From Octopus bimaculoides (Eukaryota), in the NCBI RefSeq assembly GCF_001194135.2, contig NC_068982.1, forward strand, positions 75,434,279-75,498,278: 64,000 nucleotides of DNA, read 5' to 3'. Shown piece after piece: positions 1-12,538 of this stretch. Each line of letters starts with the position of its first letter. Positions within the stretch are counted from its first letter, which is position 1. The notes beneath the pieces were generated by a model that had not been told where the DNA came from, did not search any database, and worked only from the letters and a program-made list of their open reading frames with translations. The translations under genes were made by a program, and so were the position numbers.

Positions 1-354
1 ACATATATTCACATATATGAAACGCTCACCCCTTCCTTCCTTATTCATCTATCACCCCTTCCTATCTCATTCATAAACACAAGAGCATTATTATAGTAGA
101 TTATCTCAGTAACCATTGGAGCTATTAAAAAAATACAAAGCCCAGCATCACCACCAGATCATTCTACACATCTGTGTAATTTGTCACGCAATTCCACCCA
201 ACCATTTGACTGAATCCCAAGACAAGAAAGAATCGCCCACGTCAAATTTATATGTATAGATTATTATAATAACATTACTATTATATACTGTATATTATAT
301 ATCCCTATTACAGATATATTTGTTTAAGGCAGTGAATTGGCAGGGTAATGAAGG

Positions 355-690
355 TTCATGACTCAGTGGCTAGAGTGTCAGGCTCACAATCATGAAGTAA
401 TGAGTTCGATTCCTGGACCAGGCTGAGTGTTGTGTGTTTTTGAGCAAAACACTTTATTTCATGTTGCTCCAGTTCACTCAGCTGTAGAAATGAGTTGTGA
501 TGTCACTGGTGCCAAGCTGTATCGGCCTTTGCTTTGCCCTTAGATAACATCGGTAGCATGGAGAGGGGAGATTGGTATGTATGGACAACTGATGGTCTTC
601 CACAAAACTACCTTGCCTGGATTTGCGTCTCGGAGGGTAACTCTGCAGGTGCAATCCCATTGTCATTCATGACCAAAGGGGGGAGGGGGT
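355..690 (+). mobile_element. tRNA-derived SINE with CORE-like central domain
   Basis: A/B-box-like head, then TTGAGCAAAACACTTTATTTCATGTTGCTCCAGTTCACTCAGCTGTAGAAATG. Another copy at about 40960-41290 (+) and a partial at about 39440-39580 (-). Confidence 0.75.
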
Positions 691-2546
691 CTTTATCCTC
701 TACCCTTTTAATAATATATAATACATAATATACAATATATAATAGTAATAGATAATGTATAATAATGCATAATACAATAAGAGCCAGTTTATGATGAAGA
801 TTGTTGGTGATTTGAAATACTGAAGAATTTTCTTTATTATCTGCATTGTTGAAGTATTTTACCATTTAGAGATATAAATCACCATTATGTTTGTTTGTAA
901 CAGACTAGTGCTGTAGAAATCTTTGATTCAGTTTTTCTGTTTGGCAGGCCTTTCATCCTTCCAAGGACTAAAAAATGACATGTATTCACAAGATACAGCA
1001 ACCAGGTTTTCTGATACAATCATGAAACGTATCAAGCCTGCTTCTACAACAAGTTACTATGTCTTTCTCTTATCTCTTTTACTTGTTTCAACCATTGGAC
1101 TATGGCCACACTGAGGCCATGCCTGGAAGGATTTAGTTGAACAAATCAAACCCAGTACTTTTTTTCTTCTTTTAAAGTCTTTTACTTATTCTATCAGGCT
1201 CTTTTGTTGAACTGCTAAGTTATGGGGCATACATAAACCAACACTGGTTGTCAAGTTGAAGGCTGGAATGTGGGACAAACACAATGGCATACACATACTT
1301 AAATACATATCTATATCTATCTCTGCTTAAAAAAGCAACTGATAAACGGTCTTGTTATCAGCTTGGAAAATGGCGAAATAAGATAATGCTTCGACCAGGA
1401 AACCCTGGGTAGCTGTATTTAACAAGAATGGTGGTATCTTCTCTACATGTTTTACAATTCTGCTTCTACACTAAGTTTACATGTTTTTCCACACATTTTC
1501 TGATCATGTAGGAAAAGAACAAAATTGCAAGAAAGACCAGATACTGCTTAGTGAGGGGAAAAAAGTGATGACACATTTAGAACCACCAGCCCCACCACAA
1601 CTATTATAATGAGTCAGTGAGTGTGAGCGAAAGGAGTGTGTGGTGTAATTATCCATTTATTATATTCATTAAAAAAATGAATAAATAAATAAAAGGAGCA
1701 ACTGTCAAGGAAATTGAGCAGTTTAAAAAAGTCAATTTGAGAGGAATGACAAATAGTAAGTCACATTTGGTAGTGATGGTGGTGGAGATGACGGTAATGA
1801 TGATGGTAGTGGTAGCAGTCATGATGGTGATGATGATGGTGGCGGAGATAGTGGTGAAAGATAAGTGTGTGGGTAGTGGTGGTGGTGGCGATAACTGTTC
1901 TGTTCTGAGCAGATGAATTGTTATATCATTACACATTGTTTTCTTTTCCTCTCCACCACTACCACCACCACCACCATAAACTACTCTATTTCTTAATTGC
2001 AATTTGTAAAGCAATTGAAGATGATTACTAAGATGAGATGGGAATGGGGAGCAGCTCTGTCACTGCCGCTAATGATTATATTATGATGATGATGATGATG
2101 ATAATGAGGAAGATGATGATGATAATGAGGAAGATGATGATGATAATGATGTCAACATTAATGGTGATGTTGATAAGAGGGTGAAGGGCTTGATAGCAAT
2201 GATTATGCCCAATGTAATCATTGGGTCTTCTGACCATTGGCCATTCATACTGACCCTCAAATACTGGCAATTATGTTCAATTCACAAACATAATTTTCTC
2301 TCTCTCTTTCCCAGGTACATCGCATCATTTTGTTGTGTAGCCCATGGTCGGCCCTGATGAGGCACATCTAAGATCAACAGTGTTCTAGCTGTTATTAGCA
2401 TCTGTTTTCTCAGGCAATGTGTATCTAGGACTATATTATTGAATTATCTATCTGTCTTTCATTATGAAAGTGGGGTTCAAATTGACAGAGAAAGAGAGAG
2501 AAGTTACCAAATATAATTTCTTTTCTATTTTCAAAATAATACTGAC

Positions 2547-2588
2547 CTTGTTGGTTGTAAAGGCATCCCATACCAACATCTTGCCATC
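2547..2588 (-). CDS. GNB5: GNB5 coding exon 3
   Basis: Acceptor cttttatattttcAG and donor GTCAGT. 42 nt, phase 0-0: DGKMLVWDAFTTNK. The next expected exon (EHAV...WVMACAY) was not found in 1-2546, so the gene presumably continues beyond the window. Confidence 0.97.
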
Positions 2589-3149
2589 CTGAAAATATAA
2601 AAGACACACAAATATTAGAATACTGATGTCTTTTAAAAAGGCATATGAATTAATTTTGAAAAGACAGAGTGTACTTCATTAAATTTACCTCAGTATATTA
2701 CTGGTACTTACTAAATCAATCTTGGAGGAATGTATAACAAAATTACAGATGTAAAAATGAAATTGAATTAACTTGACTATGAATTGAACTGTTGTTAGAA
2801 ATGCAACTCCACTGATCCCACCAAACCATGGAGCTAATTTAGAGCTCTAATATATTATCTTTCAATGCTTTCTTTAGTTTGCATTTACTAATCAACAAAT
2901 ATACAATAAATATACAACCAATACATATACATAAATATAAACAAGTATTCTATTTTCAGTCTTAGAATAATCCCCACACAAATTTGTTTAAATTGTTTGT
3001 ACAAGATCTTTCAATCTTGTACAAACAACTGTGTATCAGTGCATCAAGATAAGATTGGTGCATCAAATGATGTAAAATAAAGTAATGGGTCTCACAGTTG
3101 CACTGATGAAAGCAAGTTTATAATTTATAAACAAATAGAAAGTATATAT

Positions 3150-3531
3150 TGTTGGCACTCCGTCGCTTACGACACCGAGGGTTCCAGTTGATCTGATCAA
3201 CGGAACAGCTTGCTCGTGAAATTAACGTGCAAGTGGCTGAGCACTCCACAGACATGTGTACCCTTAACGTAGTTCTCGGGAATATTCAACATGACACAGT
3301 GTGACAAAGCTGACCCTTTGAATTACAGGCACAACAGAAACAGGAAGTAAGAGTGAGAGAAAGCTGTGGTGAAAGAGTACAGCAGGGTTCGCCACCATCC
3401 CCTGCCGGAGCCTCGTGGAGCTTTAGGTGTTTTCGCTCAATAAACACTCACAATGCCCGGTCTGGGAATCGAAACTGCGATCCTATAACCGCGAGTCCGC
3501 TGCCCTAACCACTGGGCCATTGCGTCTACAC
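3150..3531 (-). mobile_element. Full-length tRNA-derived SINE with 13-bp TSD
   Basis: Head TGGCCCAGTGGTTAGG...GTTTCGATTCCC on minus. AGAAAGTATATAT at 3137-3149 and 3532-3544. Partial copies at 17709-17970 (+) and about 49245-49430 (+). Confidence 0.9.
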
Positions 3532-5950
3532 AGAAAGTATATATAAACAAGAACAAAAAACAAATATTTTATTGACATATATATTCATTAGTTCTGCAAC
3601 ACAACAGAGTTTATTCCTACTTGTGTTGCTATTTTGACAGCTAGATTCTGTGTTGCTAGTGTTAAACAGTTAAGTCACTACTAACATTACAAGACATTTA
3701 TGGTCAATACATTTCTTTCTCAACAGCCTGCATTTCAACTCAGCTGTAATATTTATTGACCTTGGGAGAATGAAAAGGTAACTTTTATCTCAGTGACATT
3801 TGAACTTGAAACACAAAGAGCTAGAAAGAATATTACAAGGGAGTCTATTTGATGTCTGATGACTGCCAATTTGCTGCCAGATATACACACATCTGTTTTG
3901 CCATGATTTCCATCACTGGATATCCTTCCTAATGCCAATCACTTTACAAAGTGTACTGAGTGTTTTTATTTGGGTGTCTCAATAAAAGCACCCAGTACAC
4001 CCTGTAAAAGTGGTTGGCTTTAATTCTACAACAGATTTAGCTATAGGAACTAAGCCATCAGCATAAAGGAGCTCTTGAAGGTGACCAGTCTTTAATTCTT
4101 TGCTGGAGTTAACAAGACTATAATTTATAGAGTGGGACTCAGAAGTGAGTCCTGGTGCAATCCTAACTTCACACTGAATTCATTACAAACTCTCACTCTA
4201 CTAACTGCACCACTGTATATAGCTTGTGTGGTTCTCCCAATAGGCTTAGGCTAGATATTCTTTTATGGGACAGGAAACAAATTTCATGGACTGTTGTAGA
4301 GATCAGCAAGTGGGAGCTTTTATCTTTTACTTGCTTTTGTCATTAGACTGTGGCCATGCTGGGGCACTGCCTTGATGAGTCTTTTAGTCAAATGAATTGA
4401 CCCTAGTACTTATTGTTTTAAGCCTGGTACTTATTCTATCACTCTCTTTTGCCAAACTGCTATGTTATGGGGGATGCAAACACACCAGTCACCAAGTGGT
4501 GGTAGAGGACAAACACAGACACAAACGCACACACACGATGGGGCTTCTTTCAGTTTCTGTCTACCAAATCCACTCACAAGGCTTTGATGGCCTGATGCTA
4601 TAGTAGAAGACACTTGTGCAAAGTGCCTCAGTGGGACAGAACCCAGAACCATGTGGTTGGAAAGCAAACTTCTTACCACACACCCATGCCTGTGAATGTT
4701 TTTTTTCAAAAGTTGGGGACAAAGGATAAAATCAATGAAAAAAACTTACAGCTCTTATATCCAGGCAATAGATTTTCATTTACACCTATTATTATAAGTT
4801 CACAGGGCTATGTACTATGTAATAACAGATAAACACTAAAGTATAGAAATGTTGGGCTTCTCCAAGAAAGAATAAAGCAGAATGATTCAAATTCTAATAA
4901 AAATCATTTAGTGGAACAGTGAAAAGTTTTTAAAACATTCCAAGGTTTCTCCATTTGAGGTTCCTGGACTGAACATATACAGTCACATGTACATATAGAG
5001 CATACACACACAAAGTAATGAAAAACATGTGTACTAAAGTGATAGGCATACCCACATGCATACACACATAACTACATATATGCAAACACTAGTTCACTTA
5101 ACCACAAACCCTAAGAGCTGTCAAAGCTTAATCAAGAGTCTTGCTACTTTATAGTGACCAACTCCTGCAAAAAGCAAAAAAAAAAAAGACTAAGAAGGTA
5201 AGAAAAGAAAAACATATATACATACATAAATTATGCATGCTTACGTGCCCACTTTGTGTAGGTGTGAGTGTGTGCATCAAAATTATTATTTGCTACTACA
5301 GTGTCCCATTGTGTTGAAATAAAGGTTTAGAAACTAGGCATGATAGGAACTGACCTAGTTAGGATATTTTACAAAACAACATGAGGTCACTTCCAAATGA
5401 CTCAGCCCTTACTTTGTTACAACAACAACAACAACAACAGCAGCAGCAGCAGCAGCAGCAACAACAACAATAGTAGTAATAATGAATGCCCTGATACAGT
5501 ACCAGGCAGTGGCTCTCATGGTTTTTGATCTTAACTGATTGGAAGTGTTACATGTACCTGTTTTGTCTTGGTATAAAAGATGGACTACAACAAATATTCT
5601 GCTCAATACCACAGATTTGCTTGACCTTAACTAATTGAGCATATCCCTTAGTGGCTGATAATATGTGCATCTCTGATCACAAGCAGAAGTAGTTGGGGAG
5701 CATCACTGCCATGTATTGAAAGAAATTCTTTGGGGTTTGAATAATTCACCTCTGGAAACATGGGTGTTTTGTTCATCATCCTTAAACAAACCTTATTCAG
5801 AGGCCTTTTGAGCAGGATGGGCTACTCAAACTGAAAAAAATTCTAACTGGGTCCCACCTGCAAGTTCACGTACTGTTTATCTTGATATAGATCACCATTA
5901 TTTACATTCTTTACAGTTGACGGATATTTGTCCTCATCTTGTTTGTTGTT

Positions 5951-5998
5951 AACACAACGTTTCAGCTGATATACTCTCCAGCTTTCATCAGGTATCTT
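5951..5998 (-). ncRNA. Minimal type I hammerhead ribozyme, core intact
   Basis: Minus strand: aagauac CUGAUGA a AGCUG gagaguauau CAGCU GAAA CGU U gugu u. Stem II is 5 bp, stem III is the palindromic ACGU, the cleavage triplet is GUU, and stem I is short with wobble pairs. Confidence 0.75.
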
Positions 5999-6243
5999 GG
6001 GGAAATTTCAAACCTGGGTTCTTGTTCCTAAGGTATTTTCTGATATTATTATTATTATTAAGGTCTTAACCACTACGCCATATGCCCATGGGCATTTGGC
6101 ATAGTGGTTAAGAGCGCAGGATACTAACCCCAAGATTCCGAGTTCGATTCCAAGCAGTGACCTTAATAATTACAATAATAATTACAATAATAATAATATC
6201 AAAAAATACCTTAAGAACGAGAACCCAGGTTCGAAATTTCCCC

Positions 6244-6288
6244 AAGATACCTGATGAAGGCTGCAGAGTATATCAGCCGAAGCGTGTT
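6244..6288 (+). ncRNA. Degenerate hammerhead ribozyme (right arm)
   Basis: CUGAUGA (6251-6257) a GGCUG...CAGCC, then GAAG instead of GAAA, plus a small deletion after it. Probably inactive. Confidence 0.65.
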
Positions 6289-6460
6289 AACAACAAATAA
6301 GATGAGCACAAATATCCGTTGAATGTAAACAATGTACATAATTCCTCATCTTTTAAATATAGGACTGTATAGATCACCATGTCGTGCACATATGATTGTG
6401 ATGCACGTGCTTGATGTAACCTTCTCAAACAGGTAGTCATGATGGGTATATTGGGTTTCG

Positions 6461-6498
<38 letters not shown>

Positions 6499-6654
6499 CT
6501 TTTCTTTATTGGCCACAAGGGCTGGATACAAGATGAAAAAGGGACAATACACCACAAGGGACAAATGGGGCTTAGCACAAAAATTTGTGTATACAATACA
6601 AATAAAACAATAACAATTAACAACAAAACTTTTAATAATAAAATTCCTCAGGCA

Positions 6655-7460
6655 ATCTGAAAGGATGCACTGAAGCTCTGACATGCAGCAACCAGGAGCA
6701 GGCTCTCTGAACTGACTACATTAAATATCATGTTGACAAAACAAAAGAATCACCATTATGTAGAATGTGAGGAACAAAGGAGAGATGGTCAGCCATCTTG
6801 TAAGCGAATGTGTTAAGTTGGTGCAGTGAGAGTACAACAGATGACATGATAATCCTGCCAGATATATTCACTGGATGATATTTGAGGAATGTGGATTTGC
6901 AACAGCAGCTGAATGGTATGAGCAGAAATCAGAAGGGGTGTTAGAGAATAACAAACTTAAGTTTTTGTGGGACTTCACTATTGATTGTGATAGAATGATT
7001 GAGGCAAGAAGGCCAGATATTGTAGTCATCAACAAGAAAGATAAAGAGGTCCAAATTATTGATGTCTCTATGCCAGGAGATAGCAGAATGAATGATAAAG
7101 AGAGCATGAAAAGATGGAAAAGTATGAGCCACTGAGGAGGTTGGAAAGTTGTTGGGGATGAAGATCTCGGTGATTCCAGTGGCAATCAGAGCACTGGGAT
7201 GCATATCGGACAGTTTTCGGTGAATGTGTAAATAAAATCGGAATTGATGCAAGATTACAAGTCACGCAGACAACAGTATTTCTTTGTACAGCAAGGATAT
7301 TAAGGAAAGTTTTGAAAGGCACAGGAGAACAAGTAGTAAGGGACCTTTGTCAACTTGTTGACTGCTCTGTATTGAAATGTCTGAACTGCTTAACATCTAA
7401 GTGTCTGAGATTTACAAAAATCAAACAATAATGTTAATGATGATAATGATAATAATTATT
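6655..7460 (+). mobile_element. R4/Dong-like non-LTR element 3' fragment (CCHC + restriction-like endonuclease)
   Basis: QEQAL...SPLCRMC..E..SHLVSEC...HDN...IHW; KFLWDFTIDCDRMIEARRPDIVV...IIDVSMPGD; TARILRKVL; degenerate (AAT)n tail. Confidence 0.85.
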
Positions 7461-7578
7461 TCTGATTTAGGCACAAGGTTGGCAATTTTAAGAAGTGGAG
7501 TTGGTGAATATTATCAACCTGGTAATTTATTTTATCCACCCTGAAAAAAGAATGAAAGGCAAAGTTTGAACCCAGCAG

Positions 7579-8405
7579 GTTGAGGAACTAGCAGAGAAGC
7601 TTGGATTTGGCCATTCAACCATTCATCGATATCTGTGTGCCATAGGAAAAGTCAGAAAATTGGGTCACAAACTTTCCGAGTCTAATCGTGCACAGAGAGT
7701 GAATGTGTGCTCTTCTTTGCTGTCACATCTCACAAATGAACCTTTTTGTGACTGATGACGAGAAATGGGTTCTCTATAAAAATGTCAAGTGCTGAAGACA
7801 GTGGGTGGGGAAAGGAGAAACACTGGCACACCAGGTTAAAGAAGGTCTTCAACCATGTACAATGTTGTTATCTGTTTGGTGGGATATGAAAAGTTTAGTT
7901 CACTTTGAACTTTTAAATTTAAACTAAATGATAACAAAGGATATCTACTGTGAGCAGCTTGAGCAGCCTAAGTCAACGCTAGAAGAAAAACGACCATCTT
8001 TGGTTTCAAGACGAAAGGTGTTCTTTCATCAGAATAATGCTCGGCCACATACAGCAAGGATAACATTCCAAAGGCTGGAGTAGTTTGAATGGGAAATGAT
8101 GCCCCACTCACCATATTCGGTGGACATTGCCCCATATAATTACCATTTATTCTGCAGTCTTCAAAATTATTTGGACAAAAAATATGAATTCTGTATACGA
8201 GGTCAGAACAGTACAGGAGGAGTATTTTTGTTCACGGACAAGTGAATTTTGGAAGAGGGGCTTTGCAAGTCTACCAGATAGATGGAAGAGCATTGTAGAA
8301 AATGAAGGAGAGTAGATTTTAGATTTAAAAAGAACTTTGTTTATCTTAATTTTGAAAAATAAAAGAAGTATAAAAAAACTGCATTATTTATGGGATAACC
8401 CAATA
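7579..8405 (+). mobile_element. Dead mariner (DD34D) transposon, 5'-truncated, right TIR present
   Basis: LAEKLGFGHSTIHRYL; decayed VTGDEKW; HQNNARPH...HSPYSVDIAPYNYHLF, with both later Asp changed to Asn and 34-residue spacing. Ends ...CATTATTTATGGGATAACCCAATA. Confidence 0.9.
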
Positions 8406-9062
8406 TTTAGAATGTAACAACAGAGGCATTGAGAAACACATAAGTCTTTTGTAAATAATAAATATCAAATGTCAATGAGCTATAAATGATATAATACATA
8501 ATACACAGGGTTAAAAATCCTGCAAGCAGCTTTCTGCCTTTTTTCTGCCCAAGGGGTCTTTAGCACTTTGTTTTATGAGCTGGATTAGCCCTTTATTTTA
8601 TATAGCTGGATTGGAATTCAAGATGTATGATTAATAGAAGACTTAATCTTAATTATAAATTATAAATAACAATGTACCAATATATATCATTATTTTAACA
8701 TCTCCTTTCCCATACTTGCATGGGTTGGTTGGAATTTGTTGATGTAGATGTTCTATAGTCAAATGCCCAACTTGAAGCAACCTCTCACCAGTTTCCAAGC
8801 AAGGTCATATCTTTCATCACTTGTATGATGACATTCATTTACAACTGTCATGTGATGTCAAGATAAAGGGACAAACACATACATACTCATATGTATAAAT
8901 ATATATATAATAGGCTTTCAGTTTCTGTCAACCAAACCTACTAATAAGGCTTTGGTCAGCTCAGGGGTATAGGAGATATTTATCCAAGGTACCATTGAAT
9001 AGGAATGAACCTGGAACCACATAGTTAGGACATAAGCTAGGTTCTTGACCACACAGCCAAGC

Positions 9063-9103
<41 letters not shown>

Positions 9104-9399
9104 TGCATGCTTGTATATATATGAAAGCAAAACTGAAGAAAGGTGAGAAAACTGTATGTAGAGGGATGAAGGGATCAATTATTGGGAAATATTATTTCTC
9201 CTTCAGATGTGACTGGACATCTATATGCATTTTACAGCTATGTCTCTGTTGCAAGGTCAGGTCATCTGTGACTCATAACACTGATCAATAATCAATCAAT
9301 CGCCATTAAAATCTGCGTATCTATAAATCATAGCCATTTCCACAAGTTGCAGTCATACAAAGCAAATCTTAGAAATAACACTCTGTCTCATTAACTTAC

Positions 9400-9536
9400 C
9401 TGAGATGAGCTAACTATGTGTCGTTTATCGGTTGACCAATCCATGCATAGAACTTTACCCTGGTGACCCTTCAGTTGTCGACGAGGTTTTATGCTTAATG
9501 AAGGTACATTCTCTAGTTTCTGTGCTACCACCGTCA
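9400..9536 (-). CDS. GNB5: GNB5 coding exon 2 (into WD40 repeat 1)
   Basis: Acceptor cttattgtAG and donor GTAAGT. 137 nt: (A)TG + [45 protein letters not shown]. Phase matches exon 1, and the LKGH-x-GKVLCMDW and IVSSSQ motifs are Gbeta5-type. Confidence 0.97.
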
Positions 9537-12307
9537 CTACAATAAGAAGGGTGATATAAAAATATAAATAGTGTTTAAAGAAAATGATATTTGAAATATT
9601 CAGATTATATATGAGTAAACTGCATTTAAAATTTCATTCACAGTAAAACATGCTTAAAAGACAGTTTATGTCCTATCATACATTACTCCCTTAACACCTA
9701 ACACAAAGTCACTTTCCCCTTTACTTGCGACTCCACTCAGTTGAGGGGTCTTCTCTTTTCTTGCAAGTTATTTGGCAACCTTACTAGCACTAGAGTCATG
9801 AAAAAATCTCATTGTACACTGTAAAAAGTCTGGTATTAACAACAAACAAGATGAAGACAAATATCCATCAAATGCAAATAATGTACATAATTCTTCATCT
9901 CTCAAATATAGAACTGTATGGATTGGATAGTTTGACAGGATTCAGCAAGCTACAATGTCAGGCTTAGCATGGTTTCTACAACCAAATGCCCTCCATCATG
10001 CCAACCACTTTAGTGTGTACTGGATGGCTTTCTCATCCCACCAGCACTAGTGAGGTCATTAAGTAATTTGCAAGACATGAAAAAGATAAAACCCCCTTGA
10101 CTAAGTGTGTGTGTGTGTGGGGGGGGGGAATTATTTGAGAGGTGGGGGTGGCTTTATGCTAGGTGTTGAATGCTTAAAGTATGATAGAGAGACCAATGCA
10201 GGTGTCTTGATATAGAGAGGATGGCAACTCCACATTATATGAGGGTGGGTGAGAGTAAATGGAAAGAAGATAAGATGGTATAAGTGTATGTGTGTGTGAA
10301 GAAACTTATATGACTAAGTTTCAATTTGTATTAGTTTAGTCAAAGTATCAAGTTTGTTTGGCAGATCACATGTGGAAAATGTTAACATTCTCTGGCAGAA
10401 CGAATGGCATTAAAAAAAGCACAAACAAAAACAGAGACTGGTTTACAGTAGCTCCATTGGTTTATTAACTAGTTTCTGTAAAATAGGTAAACATTTGAGA
10501 AATCTCACATTACCAACTGGAAATACAGTTTTAAAATAAGATTCTCAATGTTCCATCTGTGTTCTCTAAGTTAATTTTATACAGAAAGATGTTACAGTAG
10601 AATGGTAAAAATTTGCCACTTTATTCTTGTTTCAATACTCAATTTATTACCAGATTCAAAGTGGCTAATTACCAATTGTTGGTTTTACATGTGTTTTTCT
10701 GGAGTAGTATGTGTTGGATAAATGCATATTATTGGGGTATTGCATTTACAGTCAGATGCTCTCTCTGTCACAAACCCTTACTTGTTTTACAAAGAGGAGT
10801 TTATGACTGGCTGTCCATGGGAACTCCTATATATTCATAACCACTTTTTTCTAATACAAGAATCTGTGGAAGTTTTGGAAAGGAAACTAAACTATAGTAA
10901 ACTGAGTGGATTGGAGCAAAGTGAAATGAAATGCCTTCTTTAAGAGAATAATTTATTGATCAGCCAGCATGTGATCTTAAGCATAACATGCTAACCACAA
11001 GTGTATGAAGAAGAGGTAAACACTTAACACTTTGTTATCTGGTAATTTTCAGGCTTTAAATATTTTAGATAGATGCTTCCCTAACTGCTTAAATACAAGT
11101 GTGTGATCATCACCTTCATCACTGTTTTAACATCCACTTTTCCATGCTTGCATGGGTCAGACAAAATTTATTGAAGCAGATTTTCTACAGCCAAATGTCC
11201 TTCCTGTCACCAACTCTCACTGCTTCTCACACAGGTAACATTTCTCAATGGCCAAACATATTTTTGTAGAATATTGGAAGTGAATGACACCCATTTACAA
11301 TCATTATGTGTTGTCAAGAAAAGGACACACATGACCGGCTTCTTTCAGTTTCTGTCTACCAAATTTAACCACAAGGTCTTGGTTGGCCCAGAGCTATGAC
11401 AGAAGACACCTATCTGGAGTGGAACTGAACCTGAAACCAGTTGGAATGCAAACTTAAACACGCAGCCAATATAACTATATAGCATAATCATTTCACATAC
11501 AGATTCCATGCTGGCATGGTCCGGATGGTTTGACAGGATCAGATGGGTCTAAGGACAGCATTGTGCTACAGTGTCTGCTTTGGCCTAGTTTTTATGGCTG
11601 AATGTCTTTCCTAACACCATATGCCTACTTGCCTGCCTGACTGCATGCATGCATGTATATATGTATGTATGCTTGCATATATGTATGTGTCATCATCATT
11701 CATTTGATGTCTGTTTTCTATGCTGGCATGGGTTGGATGGCTTGACCAGAGCTGGCAAGCCAGAGAGTTGCACCAGGTTCTAGCCTGATTTGGCTTGGTT
11801 TCACCAACCACTTTACAGTGTGTGCTGGGTGATTTTAATGTGGCACTGCATGAGCACTGTTACACAGCACCATCATGAGCGCTTTTTACATTGCATCAGC
11901 ACCGGACTCTTGCAAGCCATTGCTCTTCACCAGGGGAAGTGACCTCTGCTATGGAGTGCATATATGTATTTGCTTTTGTTTTATTGCTGTTTTTATTTTT
12001 TGATTATTAATTCTATGAACAGGGAGATGAGGGAGAAGAATGTCTATGACCTAGTAAACTTGAAATTTTGCACATTGATACCAGGAGACAGATAAACAAA
12101 AAAATGAAAATCAGGGAGAATTTAGAATACTGCAGAGGTTTTTGGATCTGGAAAAGATTGATTTACCAAAAAGTTTTACTGTAAGGTTTTGTAAAGTATG
12201 GGTAATGATGGTCATGACAAGTGGGGGGGGGGACATTGTAGCTGTTGTTGTCTTATTGTAATATCAATAACTACAGTGTCTAATAAATCCTTCATTTGTG
12301 ACAGTAA

Positions 12308-12538
12308 GGTGGGAGCTGGCAGAAACGTTAGCACGCCGGGTGAAATGCTTAGCGGTATTTCGTCTGTTGTTATGTTCTGGGTTCAAATTCCGCCGAAGTC
12401 GACTTTGCCTTTCATCGTTTCAGGGTCAATAAATTAAGTACCAGTTACGCACTGGGGTCGATGTAATCAACTTAATTCCTTTGTCTGTCCTTGTTTGTCC
12501 CCTCTATGTTTAGCCCCTTGTGGGCAATAAAGAAATAA
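12308..12538 (+). mobile_element. SINE family A (GGCGGCGAGCTGGCAGAAACGTTAGC head)
   Basis: Close copies at 16868-17090 and 46050-46275 (+). More diverged copies at about 35333-35520 and 35557-35770 (+) and 47700-47915 (-). Confidence 0.85.

Larger units (their letters stand above)
5899..6367. mobile_element. Head-to-head palindromic tRNA-head/hammerhead element with 13-bp TSD
   Basis: TATAGATCACCAT at 5886-5898 and 6368-6380. Symmetry axis between 6088 and 6089 (TGCCCA|TGGGCA). A-box-like TGGCATAGTGG at 6097-6107 and B-box-like GAGTTCGATTCC at 6140-6151. The outer arms are reverse complements of each other. Confidence 0.9.
5490..6465 (-). repeat. Older interspersed repeat split by the palindromic insertion (5490-5898 + 6381-6465)
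   Basis: Bracketed by (AAT)n-type tracts, and the sequence appears continuous once the TSD-bounded insert is removed. Class unassigned. Confidence 0.5.

Noticed and set aside
6089-6163. Possible tRNA gene
   Set aside because: A and B boxes are present, but the acceptor and anticodon stems are poor and it is embedded in the palindromic element. It is a SINE-type head.
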